A stretch of DNA of 64,000 bases from Eubacteriales bacterium. GTDB lineage: Bacteria > Bacillota > Clostridia > Oscillospirales > QAKW01. The stretch is from assembly GCA_045603925.1 (NCBI GenBank), contig JAZUNB010000057.1:123-64122 (forward strand), given 5' to 3'. Every line of letters begins with the position of its first letter. The stretch's first letter is position 1. A model generated the notes under the pieces. That model made no database searches and was not told the DNA's origin. It worked only from the letters and a program-made list of their open reading frames with translations. A program made the position numbers and the translations under genes. Positions 7,811 through 18,894 of the stretch are shown here, one piece after another.

Positions 7811-8806
7811 ATGGCACGATCATCCAATCAACAGCAAAAACTTTTGCGGCTGCAGGAGATCTTTCTTCGCGAGACCGATGAGAGCCATGGGCTGACCATG
7901 GAGGAATTGGTGGAGCGGCTGGAGGATTTCGGCATTGCCGCCGAGCGAAAAAGCTTATATGAGAATATTGAGACCCTCAACCTCTGCGGAATGGACATTC
8001 TCAAGGAGCGCAAGGGCAATAAAACGGTCTACTATGCCGCCTCCCGCGATTTTGAAGAGGCGGAGGTGCGCCTTTTGGCCGATGCGGTAGCCTCCTCCCG
8101 TTTCATAACGGTGAAAAAGTCCGAGGAACTGCTGCGCAAGCTGACCACCCTCACCAGCCGCCATCAAGGGGCGGAGCTGCGGCGTCAGTTATATGTTGCC
8201 AGCCGGATCAAAAACATGAACGAGACCATCTATTATGTTTTGGATGAACTGAACCACGCCATTCACCGTAATTCCGCCATTGAATTCTGCTATTACGATT
8301 GGACCCTCACCGATCAGAAACTGCAAAAAACGCCCCGCCATGAGGGGCGGCTCTATACCGTTTCCCCCTGGCAGTTATTATGGCAGGATGAGCTTTATTA
8401 TCTCATTGCCTATGACCATACCTCGCAGTCCATCCGCCATTATCGGGTGGATCGTATGGGGCTCATTACCCTGACCGATCAAAAGCGACAAGGGGAGGAA
8501 GCCTTCAAGGAGATCCGCCTGGATGATTATACCTCCCGCCTCTTCAGTATGTTCGGCGGGAAGAGCGAATGGGTGCGGTTGAGATTTCCCGCTCGTTTTT
8601 TAGATGTGATGGTGGATCGCTTCGGCAAGGATCTGCGCCCCAAGCCTATGGAGGACGGAACGCTGGAGATCCATACCGAGATCATCCCCAGCCTGCCCTT
8701 TTACGGCTGGCTCTTCTCCTTGGGAAGCGAGGTAAAGCTTACCGAGCCTGCCCGGCTGGTAGAGACCTATAAAAACTACTTAAAAGAACAGCTATCTTCT
8801 TATTAA
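7811..8806 (+). CDS. HTH + WYL domain transcriptional regulator
   Basis: N-terminal winged HTH (HGLTMEELVERLEDFGIAAERKSLYENI). The WYL core is PWQLLWQDELYYLIAYDHTSQSIRHYRVDRM, followed by a C-terminal extension. Confidence 0.8.
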   Translation: MARSSNQQQKLLRLQEIFLRETDESHGLTMEELVERLEDFGIAAERKSLYENIETLNLCGMDILKERKGNKTVYYAASRDFEEAEVRLLADAVASSRFITVKKSEELLRKLTTLTSRHQGAELRRQLYVASRIKNMNETIYYVLDELNHAIHRNSAIEFCYYDWTLTDQKLQKTPRHEGRLYTVSPWQLLWQDELYYLIAYDHTSQSIRHYRVDRMGLITLTDQKRQGEEAFKEIRLDDYTSRLFSMFGGKSEWVRLRFPARFLDVMVDRFGKDLRPKPMEDGTLEIHTEIIPSLPFYGWLFSLGSEVKLTEPARLVETYKNYLKEQLSSY

Positions 8807-8810
8807 TATA

Positions 8811-8832
8811 AAGCGAGGCTTGAGCCTCGCTT
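8811..8832. terminator. hairpin between convergent genes
   Basis: AAGCGAGGC-ttga-GCCTCGCTT followed by T-rich sequence. Confidence 0.65.
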
Positions 8833-9804
8833 TTATTTTATTAATTTACAGACCGCCTTTTCCAATTGAGCAGAAAAGGGCAGCAGCAAGAAGGTGGACA
8901 ACACATTAAAGGCGGTATGAGCGGCGGCGATGCCGGCAGGAGACGCATCCTGCCCCAAGAAGGCAGGCGCTCCCAGGATCTTGATCAGCCAAAAGATCCC
9001 CAACCATACCACCGCCCCTGTACTGTTGAAAATGAGATGGGCCACTGCGGCGCGCCGCCCTCCCTTTCCTGCTCCCAGCGAGGAGAGCAGGGCGGTAACG
9101 CAGGTGCCGATGTTCTGCCCCATCACAATGGGGATCACCGCCCCATAGGGAATTCCGCCGCTCAGGGCCAGCGCCTGCAAGATCCCTACCGAGGCAGAGC
9201 TGGATTGGATCACTGCGGTCAGCGCCGCCCCTGCCAGCACGCCTAATAACGGATTGCGAAACAACACAAAAAGCTCCCGAAAGGCCGGCGTTTCTCCTAA
9301 ATCCGCCACCGCGCCGCTCATCTGCTCCATGCCGAACATCAAAATGGAAAAGCCCAAAAGGATCTGCCCGATGCTTGCCCGCTTTTGACTTTTGCCCATA
9401 AGAATCAGAAGGAGCCCCGCAAAAGCCAGAAGGGGCGCAAAAGAGGCAGGCTTTAAAAGTTTGATCCAAAAATTCCCGCTCTCGATGCCCGCAAGGCTCA
9501 ATATCCATGCCGTCACGGTCGTACCGATATTGGCGCCCATGATCACATGGATGGCCTGCCTCAGGCTCATCAGCCCTGCATGAACAAACCCCACCACCGT
9601 CACCGTCGTAGCCGAGGAGCTTTGCACCGCGGCGGTGATTGCGATGCCGGTAAAAAGACCTGCCGACTTGCGGGCGGTGATCTTACGAAGCACCTTCTCC
9701 AATCTGCCTCCTGCCCGCTGCTCCAGCGCCTTGCCCATCAGGTGCATCCCATATAAAAAGAAGCTTAAGCCCCCCAAAAATGTCAAAGCATCAAATAAAT
9801 CCAT
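8833..9804 (-). CDS. Na/Pi cotransporter family protein (short form)
   Basis: Duplicated motifs GANIGTTVTAW and GQNIGTCVTALL. Start taken at MDLFDALTFLGG (9804); the listed ORF extension runs through the ftsH terminator. Confidence 0.8.
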   Translation of the reverse strand: MDLFDALTFLGGLSFFLYGMHLMGKALEQRAGGRLEKVLRKITARKSAGLFTGIAITAAVQSSSATTVTVVGFVHAGLMSLRQAIHVIMGANIGTTVTAWILSLAGIESGNFWIKLLKPASFAPLLAFAGLLLILMGKSQKRASIGQILLGFSILMFGMEQMSGAVADLGETPAFRELFVLFRNPLLGVLAGAALTAVIQSSSASVGILQALALSGGIPYGAVIPIVMGQNIGTCVTALLSSLGAGKGGRRAAVAHLIFNSTGAVVWLGIFWLIKILGAPAFLGQDASPAGIAAAHTAFNVLSTFLLLPFSAQLEKAVCKLIK

Positions 9805-9840
9805 CCATTCACCGCCTTTGGATTTATTCTGCCCAAAAAG

Positions 9841-9870
9841 AAAACAGAGTTGCGTTGCAACTCTGTTTTT
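9841..9870. terminator. ftsH terminator
   Basis: CAGAGTTGC-gtt-GCAACTCTG flanked by A and T runs. Confidence 0.7.
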
Positions 9871-9874
9871 TATT

Positions 9875-11746
9875 TTATTCTTCGCGAGGCTCTTCTGCCG
9901 CAGGTTCTTCTGCCGCAGGCTCCTCGGCAGGAGCAGGCTCAAAGATCTTATCAAATTCGGCACCGGAGAGGTGATCCTTCTCCAGAAGGGCTTCCGCAGT
10001 AGCGCGGAGCTCTGCTTCATGCTCCCGAAGGATCTCTTCCGCCTTAGCATAGGCCTCATCGATAATGGCTTTGATCTCATCATCGATCATGGAGGCTACA
10101 TGCTCGGAATAATCCCGCTGGGTGGCAAGATCGCGGCCGATAAAGACCTCGTTGCTGTCGTTGCCGTAAAGAATGGGGCCCAGCTTCTCGCTCATACCGT
10201 ATTTAGTGACCATCTGGCGGGCGATGGCGCTGGCGCGCTGAATATCATTGGAAGCGCCGGTGGAGATATCATCCAGATACAGCTTTTCGCTGACCCGACC
10301 GCCCAAAAGGGAGACGATCTCCTCAAACATGATCTGCTTGGTGGAATAAGAGAGATCCTCCTGGGGACGATGGAGGGTATACCCCCCTGCGCGGCCGCGG
10401 GGAACGATGGAGATATCCTGCACCGGATCGGCAGTCTCCAGGAATTTGGCCACCACCGCGTGACCCGCCTCGTGGAAGGCAGTAAGGCGGCGCTCTTTTT
10501 CCACCACCTTGCGGCTCTTCTTCTCGGGGCCTGCCACGACCTTCATAATGGATTCCTCGATCTCCTCCTGCCCGATCACCGCCTTTTCGCGGCGGGCGGT
10601 CAAAAGAGCGGCTTCATTCAGCAGGTTCTCAAGATCCGCACCGGTAAAGCCGATGGTGCCCTTGGCGATATTGGCAAAATCCACATCCTCGGCAAATTTC
10701 TTGCCCTTGGCATGGACCTTCAAAATCTCTTCTCTGCCCTTTTGATCGGGGGCGCCCACATAAACCTCGCGGTCGAACCGACCGGGGCGCAGGAGGGCGG
10801 GATCCAGAATATCGGCGCGGTTGGTGGCGGCGAGAACAATGATGCCGGCATTATTGCCGAAGCCATCCATCTCCACCAGCAATTGGTTGAGGGTCTGCTC
10901 CCGCTCATCATGGCCGCCGCCGAGACCTGCGCCTCTTCTGCGGCCCACCGCATCGATCTCATCGATAAAGATGATGCAGGGATTATTCTTTTTGGCTTCA
11001 TCAAACAGCTCGCGGACGCGGGAAGCACCCACACCCACATAAAGCTCCACAAAATCGGAGCCGGAGATGGAGAAGAAGGGAACGCCCGCCTCGCCGGCTA
11101 CGGCCTTGGCAAGCAAGGTCTTACCGGTACCCGGAGGGCCCACCAGCAACACACCCTTGGGGATGCGGGCGCCCAATTCCAGATACTTGCGGGGAGATTT
11201 TAAGAAATCCACGATCTCCACCAACTCTTCCTTTTCCTCATCGGCGCCTGCCACATCGGCAAAGGTCTTCTTTTCCTTTTGCTCCTCGCCGGTCTTGATC
11301 CGCACACGGGCAAAGCCGGGAGCCTTCCCGCCGTTCATCTGGCGGCTCATGATCACAAAGAGCACCACAATACCGGCAATGGTCAGCAGAGTGGGGATCA
11401 TGCTGACCCACCAGGGAAGGGTAAAGCCTTCCTTAAAATCATAATCGGTAATAATACCGGCCTTTTGCTGATCAATGATGGTGGGCATCAGCTCCGCCTC
11501 AAACATCCCAAGGCTCAACAGCTCATGGACCACCTCACTGCCGTCTTTCAGCTTACAGGTCAGCTCGGTGCCCTCCAGATGGAAGGATTCCACCTGCTCG
11601 GTATTAAAATAATTGACCACCGCGCCATAGGATACTTTTTTCACTTCCGGTCCGCGGTTGAGCATCGAAAAGATCCCGAAGACCACCGCAAACAACATCA
11701 GGGCATAGATCAGCCCGTGAATTCGGGATCGGTTTTTATTATTCAA
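9875..11746 (-). CDS. ftsH: ATP-dependent zinc metalloprotease FtsH
   Basis: Walker [24 protein letters not shown], zinc motif HEAGH, two N-terminal TM helices. The acidic tail carries (PAAEE) repeats. Confidence 0.97.
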   Translation of the reverse strand: MNNKNRSRIHGLIYALMLFAVVFGIFSMLNRGPEVKKVSYGAVVNYFNTEQVESFHLEGTELTCKLKDGSEVVHELLSLGMFEAELMPTIIDQQKAGIITDYDFKEGFTLPWWVSMIPTLLTIAGIVVLFVIMSRQMNGGKAPGFARVRIKTGEEQKEKKTFADVAGADEEKEELVEIVDFLKSPRKYLELGARIPKGVLLVGPPGTGKTLLAKAVAGEAGVPFFSISGSDFVELYVGVGASRVRELFDEAKKNNPCIIFIDEIDAVGRRRGAGLGGGHDEREQTLNQLLVEMDGFGNNAGIIVLAATNRADILDPALLRPGRFDREVYVGAPDQKGREEILKVHAKGKKFAEDVDFANIAKGTIGFTGADLENLLNEAALLTARREKAVIGQEEIEESIMKVVAGPEKKSRKVVEKERRLTAFHEAGHAVVAKFLETADPVQDISIVPRGRAGGYTLHRPQEDLSYSTKQIMFEEIVSLLGGRVSEKLYLDDISTGASNDIQRASAIARQMVTKYGMSEKLGPILYGNDSNEVFIGRDLATQRDYSEHVASMIDDEIKAIIDEAYAKAEEILREHEAELRATAEALLEKDHLSGAEFDKIFEPAPAEEPAAEEPAAEEPREE

Positions 11747-11772
11747 TCGTTCGTTCCTCCTAAATCAGCCGA

Positions 11773-12318
11773 TCAGCTGTATACTTCTTCCTTCAAAATG
11801 CCGACATAGGGCAGATTTCTGTATTTCTCCGAAAAATCCAATCCGTAGCCCACTATAAAAGCATCGGGGATCTCATGGCCGATATACTTGGCCTCCACAT
11901 CCACCTGACGGCGGGAGGGCTTGGAAAAGAGGGTGCAGATCTCGATGCTGGCCGGCTCTCTCTGCTTCAGCAGGTTGATGAGATTATGAAGGGTCACTCC
12001 GCTATCCAGAATATCCTCCACGATCAGAAGATCCTTGCCCTTGATATCCACATCCAGATCCTTCAGGATCTTCACGCTTCCCTTGGTCTCAGTGCCGGCA
12101 CCGTAGCTGGATACATTCATAAAATCGATCTGCAAAGGCAGGTCAACCGCCCGCATCAGATCCGCCATCACCATAATACTGCCCTTTAAAATGGAGACCA
12201 TCAGCAGGTCTTTGCCGGCATAATCCTTGGTAATGGCCGCGCCCAGCTCGCGGATCTTGGCAGAAAGCTGTTCTTCGGTATATAATACTTCTTTAATATC
12301 CTTATCTTGAACGGTCAT
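11773..12318 (-). CDS. hpt: hypoxanthine phosphoribosyltransferase
   Basis: PRPP-binding motif LLIVEDILDSGVTL, with conserved tilS-hpt-ftsH order. Confidence 0.93.
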   Translation of the reverse strand: MTVQDKDIKEVLYTEEQLSAKIRELGAAITKDYAGKDLLMVSILKGSIMVMADLMRAVDLPLQIDFMNVSSYGAGTETKGSVKILKDLDVDIKGKDLLIVEDILDSGVTLHNLINLLKQREPASIEICTLFSKPSRRQVDVEAKYIGHEIPDAFIVGYGLDFSEKYRNLPYVGILKEEVYS

Positions 12319-12320
12319 TT

Positions 12321-13601
12321 TTATTCCTCCTCCGCTATTTCAACCACCCCGCAACGGGTGGTTTTTTCCTCGCAACAGAATTCCTTTGCGGTTCCGTATC
12401 CTTCCGCCCATACGATCCGATCCTGCCCATCGGCAAGGACCCAGAGCGCATCGCGGCGGGAGCGGGGAACCCGATCGTTTTTCAAACGCTTCTGCAAGCG
12501 GGATGTTCCGCCCTTGCCCATCGGTAAAAACCGATCCCCGGGGCGCTTATGGCGAAATACCGGATCGCCATTTATTTTATCACAGTCAAATCCAAAATGT
12601 GTAAACGGACTGTGAATTTCTTCCAAATGAATCCTGAACTTTAAAGAGCCTTCGGAAACCTCGCCGCCGATGACTGCCGGTACGATCGTTTCCTCCGTAT
12701 CGGTCACAAAGAGTCCTTTTCCGTATTCCAGACGGAAATAGGTGCCCTTGGTCAGCTCCACCTGACCCGACGGGGCATCCTTTTGCAGCAGCGCCGCGAT
12801 CTCCTTAAAATGCAGGCGATCCAGCGGCTCTCCGTAGGCCCGATCCAGCACCCGCTTCAAGACCGCTTCCGGCAAAGCGGCCAGGGCTTTGGCATCATCG
12901 GTAGCCGCCTGCTCCGCCCAAAGGGAGAGGGCCTCCTCTTCCTTGGCAAGACATTGCATCGCCGCCGCAAGACCTTGGGCAAACCGCCCCTCCTCCCTGC
13001 TCTCCAGCAGGGGCAGAACCTGATGCCTGAGAAAATTCCGCAGATACGCAGTATCCTCATTGGTGGCATCGGTCACAAAGGGCAGTTGATGCTCCTCGGC
13101 ATAGGCGATAATGGCATCCTTTTCCATCTCCAAAAGGGGACGCAGATAACCGCCTCTTCGGGGCTTCATCCCCGAAAGACCGCTGCTGCCGCTTCCCCGA
13201 TAGAGATTGATGAAAAAGGTCTCCAGCTGATCCTCCCGATGATGGGCGGTGGCAACAAACCGCCGCTCGCCGTCTGCAAGGGGATCCAAAAAGCCGTATC
13301 TTAAGGCGCGGGCGCCCTCTTCGGGGCTCAAGCCCTCCAGATGAGCATCCCCTTCAAATTCCAGCAGGGGGATCTGCCATTCTCGGCAAAGGCGGCGGCA
13401 AAAGGCCTGATCCTCTGCCGCTTCGGGGCGCAGACCATGGTTTACATGGGCGGCCTGCAGGGTAAACTGCCGCTCCTTCATATTTTTCATCAGATGCAAC
13501 AGAGTGACGGAATCCATTCCGCCGGAAAGGGCCACGGTAACAGTGGCATCCTTCGGCAGAGCGAAGGCTTCCATTGTTTTGGCAAAACGCTGCTCCATCA
13601 T
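12321..13601 (-). CDS. tilS: tRNA(Ile)-lysidine synthase
   Basis: PP-loop SGGMDS near the N terminus, located upstream of hpt. Confidence 0.9.
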   Translation of the reverse strand: MMEQRFAKTMEAFALPKDATVTVALSGGMDSVTLLHLMKNMKERQFTLQAAHVNHGLRPEAAEDQAFCRRLCREWQIPLLEFEGDAHLEGLSPEEGARALRYGFLDPLADGERRFVATAHHREDQLETFFINLYRGSGSSGLSGMKPRRGGYLRPLLEMEKDAIIAYAEEHQLPFVTDATNEDTAYLRNFLRHQVLPLLESREEGRFAQGLAAAMQCLAKEEEALSLWAEQAATDDAKALAALPEAVLKRVLDRAYGEPLDRLHFKEIAALLQKDAPSGQVELTKGTYFRLEYGKGLFVTDTEETIVPAVIGGEVSEGSLKFRIHLEEIHSPFTHFGFDCDKINGDPVFRHKRPGDRFLPMGKGGTSRLQKRLKNDRVPRSRRDALWVLADGQDRIVWAEGYGTAKEFCCEEKTTRCGVVEIAEEE

Positions 13602-14956
13602 ACGGGCGGAGCCTCATCCGGCAGGGGGATGGCATCTTTCTTGGCTTTATAGTTGCCGAATTTGGTAAGGGTATTGTTCCAGGAAAGGTAAACCGTTTCG
13701 GTAGGACCGTGGCGGTTTTTGGCGATGATCAATTCGATCTTATTGGGATTGGCGGTCTCTTTATTATAGATCGCATCGTTATAAAGGAACAGAATGGCAT
13801 CGGCATCCTGCTCGATAGAGCCCGATTCTCTCAGATCCGAGGGCATGGGGCGATGATCCCCTTCCCGCTTCTCCGAGGCGCGGGACAGCTGGGATAAGCA
13901 CAGTACGGGAACATTGAATTCCTTGGCCAGAAGCTTCATGCCGCGGGAGATCTCCGAAACAGCCTCCTGACGGCTGTTGGTACGGATATCCGAGCTCATC
14001 AGCTGCAGATAGTCCACGATCACCAGATCCAGATCGGGCAGGCGGCGCAGCTTGGCCTTCATCTGCCCGACGGTGATGCCGGGGGAATCATCTAAATACA
14101 CCTTGGTATTGGAAAGGGTGGAGGCCGACTGACCCAGCCGCACCCATTCATTGGAGGTCAGCTCACCGGTACGGAACTTTTTATTATCCACACCGCTATG
14201 GCTGGCCAGCAAACGGTTTGCCAGCTGCTCATTGCTCATTTCCAGAGAGAAGATGGCAACGGTCTTGCCCTGCAGACCGATATTCTGGGCAATATTCAGC
14301 GCCAGCGAGGTCTTGCCCAAGCCGGGGCGGGCGGCCAGCAGAATGAGATCGCTCTTGCCAAGGCCCGAAAGGACACGGTCCAGATCGCGGAAATTGGTCT
14401 GCAGGCCTGCAAAGGCATCCCGATCCTGAGCGATCTTGGAAACATTCATAAAGCTTTCCTGCAAAGCGCTCTTCAATTCCACCATGGCGGTATTGGTCTG
14501 CTGATTCCGGATCTCAAAGATCTTGGCCTCCGCCATATCCAGAATGGTCTGGGTCTCTTCATTCTGGGCATAGCAAGCGTCGGTGATCTCCTCGCAAATG
14601 GAGATCAGGCGGCGCAGATTGGCTTTTTCCGCAACAATTTTCGCATAGACCGGCACATTCTTGGTGCTGGGCACCGAAGAGGCCATATCATAAAGCAATT
14701 GCTTTGCCTCTGCCTCTTCATAGATGCCGGCGGCGATGACCTGGTTCAGAACCGTCACAAAATCGATCTGCGCATCGGCCAGATTCATCTTTAAGATCTC
14801 GCTATAGACCTTTCCGTATTTTTCCACATAGAAGTGCTCCGGCTTCAGAATGGAGACGATCTCTTCCAGGCATTTGGCATCCACCATCACAGCGCCCAAA
14901 ATGCTCTGCTCGGCTTCTAAACTATGGGGAACGCGTTTCAGATCTTCAAATTCCAC
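13598..14956 (-). CDS. dnaB: replicative DNA helicase
   Basis: N terminus VPHSLEAEQSILGA and Walker A ARPGLGKTSLAL; follows rplI as in Bacillus. Confidence 0.96.
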   Translation of the reverse strand: MEFEDLKRVPHSLEAEQSILGAVMVDAKCLEEIVSILKPEHFYVEKYGKVYSEILKMNLADAQIDFVTVLNQVIAAGIYEEAEAKQLLYDMASSVPSTKNVPVYAKIVAEKANLRRLISICEEITDACYAQNEETQTILDMAEAKIFEIRNQQTNTAMVELKSALQESFMNVSKIAQDRDAFAGLQTNFRDLDRVLSGLGKSDLILLAARPGLGKTSLALNIAQNIGLQGKTVAIFSLEMSNEQLANRLLASHSGVDNKKFRTGELTSNEWVRLGQSASTLSNTKVYLDDSPGITVGQMKAKLRRLPDLDLVIVDYLQLMSSDIRTNSRQEAVSEISRGMKLLAKEFNVPVLCLSQLSRASEKREGDHRPMPSDLRESGSIEQDADAILFLYNDAIYNKETANPNKIELIIAKNRHGPTETVYLSWNNTLTKFGNYKAKKDAIPLPDEAPPV

Positions 14957-14972
14957 GCGATAGCCCTCCTTC

Positions 14973-15416
14973 TTACTCTTTTTCTACACTCACATTGACC
15001 TTGGCGGCAATCCCGGTATACAGCTTCACCGTTACCCCATAGGTACCGAAGTTTTTGATGGTATCCACCACCAGTTTTTTCTTATCCACAGCAATGCCGC
15101 TCTCTTTTTCGATCAGCGCGGCGATCTCCTTGCCGGTTACGGCACCGAAAAGCTTGCCGCTCTCGCCGCCCTTGGCTTTGAGCACAAAGGTCTTACCGTC
15201 TAATTTTTCTTTATTCTCCTTGGCGGCGGCGGTATCCACATCGATCTTATGCTGCGCGGCGGCCGCCTTGCCGGCAAAGTCATTTTGCACCTGGGCGTTT
15301 ACAGGGGTAGCAAGCCCCTTGGCGATGAGGAAGTTTCTGCCGTAGCCGTCGGCCACATTGACCGTATCGCCCTTCTTACCCTGGCCCTTTACATCCTGCA
15401 ATAAAATTACCTTCAT
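14973..15416 (-). CDS. rplI: 50S ribosomal protein L9
   Basis: [30 protein letters not shown]. Confidence 0.96.
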   Translation of the reverse strand: MKVILLQDVKGQGKKGDTVNVADGYGRNFLIAKGLATPVNAQVQNDFAGKAAAAQHKIDVDTAAAKENKEKLDGKTFVLKAKGGESGKLFGAVTGKEIAALIEKESGIAVDKKKLVVDTIKNFGTYGVTVKLYTGIAAKVNVSVEKE

Positions 15417-17407
15417 TTTTTGTTCTCCTTCTCTTCCCGACGGATGATGGCGATCAACTGCTCGCGAACCTCCTCCAGGGACTGTTCTTTGATCTGGGCG
15501 CCTGCGGAGCTGCGGTGACCGCCGCCCCCCATCTGCTCCAGAATGGTTTGCACATTATAATTCGCGTCGCTTCTTCCCGAGATATGGATCTCCTCCCCTT
15601 CCCGATACAAAACAAACGCGCCGCTGATCTCCGACATATTCAACAGCTCATCCGCCGCCTTGGCGGCAATGATCTTAATACCGTCGAAGGGAGCATCCTC
15701 CCAGGCGGAGACCGCAATATGATCGGTGACCATCTCGGCCTTGCCGATGATCTCGATCTGCTTGCGATAGGAATTGAGGTCGTTTTTGAAATATCCGCGG
15801 ATCTCTTGGGGATCGGCGCCTGCCTTACGCAGATTGGCCGCCGCCTCAAAGGTACGGGGGCCGGTGCGCTCGGTAAAGTTTTTGGTATCCAGAATGATAC
15901 CCGCCAAAAGAACCTGCGCCTCCATTTTGGAAAGGCGGCAGTTTTTAATATTTTCGGTCAGCTCGGTCACCATCTCGCTGCAGGAGGAGGCACCCGGCTC
16001 ATGGAAGTTCAGAACCGTATCCTTCACCGCCCCCTCCACCGCTCTGCGGTGATGGTCGATGACTGCCACCTGACGGAACATCTTCAAGACCTTTTCGCTC
16101 TCAATATACTCCATATCATGAGTATCCACAATGATCAGCAGGGCATCCTCGGCCTGAGAGCGGGTCATATCGGCAATATCCATCAGGATCTCGGAATAAT
16201 CGGTCTCCTTCAGGCGATCCAGAATATCCTGGCAAAGGTTTTCCTCGGGGTTATAAAGGATATACGGCTTTTTACCCAGGGTGGACACCATCTTGGCCAT
16301 GCCCACCGAGGCGCCGATGCAATCCAGATCGGCAAATTTATGACCCATAATATAGACGGCCTCGGCGCGGGCGATCTGCACCTGCAGAGAATCCGCCACC
16401 AGCCTTACCTTTACCCGCTTACGGCGGGCGCCGGATTCGGAATTGCCGCCGTAGAATTCAAAGCGGTCGGTCTCGGTATTGGTCAGCGCCGCCTGGTCGC
16501 CCCCGCGGGAGAGGGCCAGATCCAGAGCATTACGGGCGGCCTCATCGGTCTTTAAAAGATCTCCGTCTCCATAGCCGATACCGATGGAAAGGGTAGCATG
16601 AAGAGTATCCTCAATGCGGATATCCTTGATCTCCGAGAGGATCTTGAATTTACTCTCCTTCAGAGTCTCCAGATACCGCCGCTCAAAGATCATCATATAT
16701 TTATCGGTCTCGGGCTTTTGCACAATGCCGTTGACCCGCCGCGCCAGCTGGCGGATACGGACATCCACACGGTTGACGAAATTGTTCTTTTGCAAAGAGG
16801 TTACATTCTCGGGGATCTCATCATAGGAATCCAGCAGAATATATGCCACGCAAAGGGCATCCCCTTTGAGCTTCTTGATCTGCTCATGGAGGGTATGGTT
16901 ATCCATCCAGTAGACTGCATAGAAATGGTCCTTGCCCTCTTCTCCCTGGCTCAGAATGTAGACTGTATATTTTTTATCGGCAAAGGTGATATCGTATTTT
17001 CCGCTCTGATGCTTCTTCACCTTCTCAAAGGAGATGTTCTTATTGATGGCGCGCACCTTCTGGCCGAAGATCTCCTGAATATTCCCGTCTGCCAGCACCT
17101 GATGAAACAGCTCATTGTACCAGATGATCTCCCCCTTATCGTTCAGGAGGGTAATGGGCATGGGAAAATTGGTGAGATTTTCGCGGGTGGCCTCATCCAG
17201 ATAGGAGGTGATGTTTTGCAGATAGGAATAAAGATGGCGGTTCCGCTGCCCCATCAATACCAGGCTATAGACGATAAACAGCACCGAAAACAGCAATTCC
17301 GCAAGCCCCAGCCAAAGATGCACCGTCATGGTGATGAGGGAAAAGGCGGCCAGCATACAGAAAAAGCCGATCTCTAAATTTGTCAGATGGACTTTAATGG
17401 ATTTCAA
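15413..17407 (-). CDS. gdpP: c-di-AMP phosphodiesterase GdpP (DHH/DHHA1)
   Basis: Two N-terminal TM helices, DHH motif VIDHH, DHHA1 motif GGGGH. Synteny is yybS-gdpP-rplI-dnaB. Confidence 0.9.
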   Translation of the reverse strand: MKSIKVHLTNLEIGFFCMLAAFSLITMTVHLWLGLAELLFSVLFIVYSLVLMGQRNRHLYSYLQNITSYLDEATRENLTNFPMPITLLNDKGEIIWYNELFHQVLADGNIQEIFGQKVRAINKNISFEKVKKHQSGKYDITFADKKYTVYILSQGEEGKDHFYAVYWMDNHTLHEQIKKLKGDALCVAYILLDSYDEIPENVTSLQKNNFVNRVDVRIRQLARRVNGIVQKPETDKYMMIFERRYLETLKESKFKILSEIKDIRIEDTLHATLSIGIGYGDGDLLKTDEAARNALDLALSRGGDQAALTNTETDRFEFYGGNSESGARRKRVKVRLVADSLQVQIARAEAVYIMGHKFADLDCIGASVGMAKMVSTLGKKPYILYNPEENLCQDILDRLKETDYSEILMDIADMTRSQAEDALLIIVDTHDMEYIESEKVLKMFRQVAVIDHHRRAVEGAVKDTVLNFHEPGASSCSEMVTELTENIKNCRLSKMEAQVLLAGIILDTKNFTERTGPRTFEAAANLRKAGADPQEIRGYFKNDLNSYRKQIEIIGKAEMVTDHIAVSAWEDAPFDGIKIIAAKAADELLNMSEISGAFVLYREGEEIHISGRSDANYNVQTILEQMGGGGHRSSAGAQIKEQSLEEVREQLIAIIRREEKENKK

Positions 17408-17422
17408 AGGAAATTCCTCCCA

Positions 17423-18448
17423 TTATTTTTTCTGAATATTCACAGAAATGAAGATCGGCAGGGTGGCGATCCACCAGCCGATATAAAGCAGGATCGTATA
17501 GGGGCTCAGCAGCATTCCGCCGCCCACGGTAAAATAGGCTACCAAAAACAGCCCGCCGATCAAAAGCTTCCGTAAAAGGGGCGGCAGCTGCTTTCTTCTC
17601 AGATACTGTAGCAGATAATAAAGGGCGGAAAACACAAAGAGGAAGCCGAAAAGATCAAAGGTGGCGGCAAGGTTTTGCCCCGCCGTCCCGCCAACCAGAA
17701 GCAGTAAGATATAGCCGCCCATATAGAGCCAGCTGAGCCTCCGATTGGGAATCAGGGGGCGCCAGCTGCCCAGCATTCTTCCGCGGCCTTCCTTGCCCGC
17801 CTTATGATCCGCCGACCAGACGCACCAGAAAAAGAGCCCGAAAAAGCCTTGCACCGCCGAGGTGACCATCGAGAAGGCCAGGGTCGATAAATTGGCGCGG
17901 CAGATCGCAAGATAACCGTTCATCTGCTCCTGCATCTCTCCCTGATACATGGCGTTGCTCATCCATTCCATTTGGTTGAGGAGCATGGCGACAAAGGTCT
18001 CCAGCCGCTGATCGATTCCGTCAAAGCCCCAAAAACCGAAGCGCAACCGATGAAAGAGCAGGATCCCGCCCAACGCCAGCGCTCCTGCCAGGGGCAAAGC
18101 CCGCATAGCCAGCGGCTTGATCCGCGGGTGCAACGGCCAGATCAGCGAGACAGCCAGAGGAATGGCGCAGCAGGCCGACCAGACCAAAACCGCCGCCGAA
18201 AGGTTGCGGCTGAAAAGATAGACCGCGCCGAAGCCTGCCAGCATCCCCAGCCATACCCATTTGGTCCCCAGCCGCCGAAGAGCCGCGGTAAAAAAAGGAG
18301 CGGTCAACAGCAGATAGAAGGGCATTAGCAGAGAGACCTGCAGCAGGCTGCTGCTGCGATACTGATCTCCCGCCAATGCAAGGATCAGAATACAAAACAG
18401 CAGATTCAGTGCTCCGAAGAGCGCGCTTTTTCCATTGGATCTATTCAT
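17423..18448 (-). CDS. yybS: YybS-family (DUF2232) polytopic membrane protein
   Basis: Multi-TM protein in the conserved position upstream of gdpP. Confidence 0.75.
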   Translation of the reverse strand: MNRSNGKSALFGALNLLFCILILALAGDQYRSSSLLQVSLLMPFYLLLTAPFFTAALRRLGTKWVWLGMLAGFGAVYLFSRNLSAAVLVWSACCAIPLAVSLIWPLHPRIKPLAMRALPLAGALALGGILLFHRLRFGFWGFDGIDQRLETFVAMLLNQMEWMSNAMYQGEMQEQMNGYLAICRANLSTLAFSMVTSAVQGFFGLFFWCVWSADHKAGKEGRGRMLGSWRPLIPNRRLSWLYMGGYILLLLVGGTAGQNLAATFDLFGFLFVFSALYYLLQYLRRKQLPPLLRKLLIGGLFLVAYFTVGGGMLLSPYTILLYIGWWIATLPIFISVNIQKK

Positions 18449-18894
18449 TTCAGTTGTTCGTTTTCCTTGGCGATAATGGCGTTGACCCGCCGCTCATGGC
18501 GGCCGCCTGCCTCAAACTCCGCAGAGAAATATTCCTCCACGATCTTCAGCCCCAGCTCGATGCCCAGAACGCGGGCACCCATGCAAAGGACATTACTGTT
18601 ATTATGCACCACCGTCATCTTGGCGGAATAGCAGTCGCCGCACACCGATGCGCGGATGCCCCGCACCTTATTGGCGGCCATGCTCATACCGATCCCGGTT
18701 CCGCAGACCAGAATGCCCTTCTCTGCCTCACCCGAGGCTACCGCCTCGGCAACACCGAAGGCGGCATCGGTATAATCACAGCCGTCTACGGTTCCGTCAA
18801 AGAGGATCTTATTTGCAAGACCCATTTCATTCAGTTTTTCGCTGATGAGCGGCAACCATTCGGTGCCTGCTTTGTCACAACCCAATACGATCAT
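18445..18894 (-). CDS. rpiB: ribose-5-phosphate isomerase B (RpiB/LacA/LacB family)
   Basis: Start at MIVLGCDKAG (18894). Active-site region GILVCGTGIGMSMAANKVRGIRA. Confidence 0.88.
   Translation of the reverse strand: MIVLGCDKAGTEWLPLISEKLNEMGLANKILFDGTVDGCDYTDAAFGVAEAVASGEAEKGILVCGTGIGMSMAANKVRGIRASVCGDCYSAKMTVVHNNSNVLCMGARVLGIELGLKIVEEYFSAEFEAGGRHERRVNAIIAKENEQLK

Noticed and set aside
9884-9935. 15-nt tandem repeats at the 3' end of ftsH.
   Set aside because: They simply encode the (PAAEE)n acidic tail of FtsH. This low-complexity tail is common in this protein and not a separate feature.
8833-10083. N-terminal extensions of several listed ORFs (8833-10083, 18445-19152, 18891-19673, 5276-6043, 6088-7266, 7375-7827, 3132-3449, 40837-42588, 54987-56897, 60482-61588).
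   Set aside because: In each case an internal ATG with a good SD coincides with the start of the conserved protein sequence. The extension also runs through a terminator, promoter, riboswitch or the neighbouring gene.
9635-11203. 522-aa plus-strand ORF.
   Set aside because: It is antisense to ftsH and to the 5' end of the Na/Pi gene, has no signals, and translates to low-complexity sequence.
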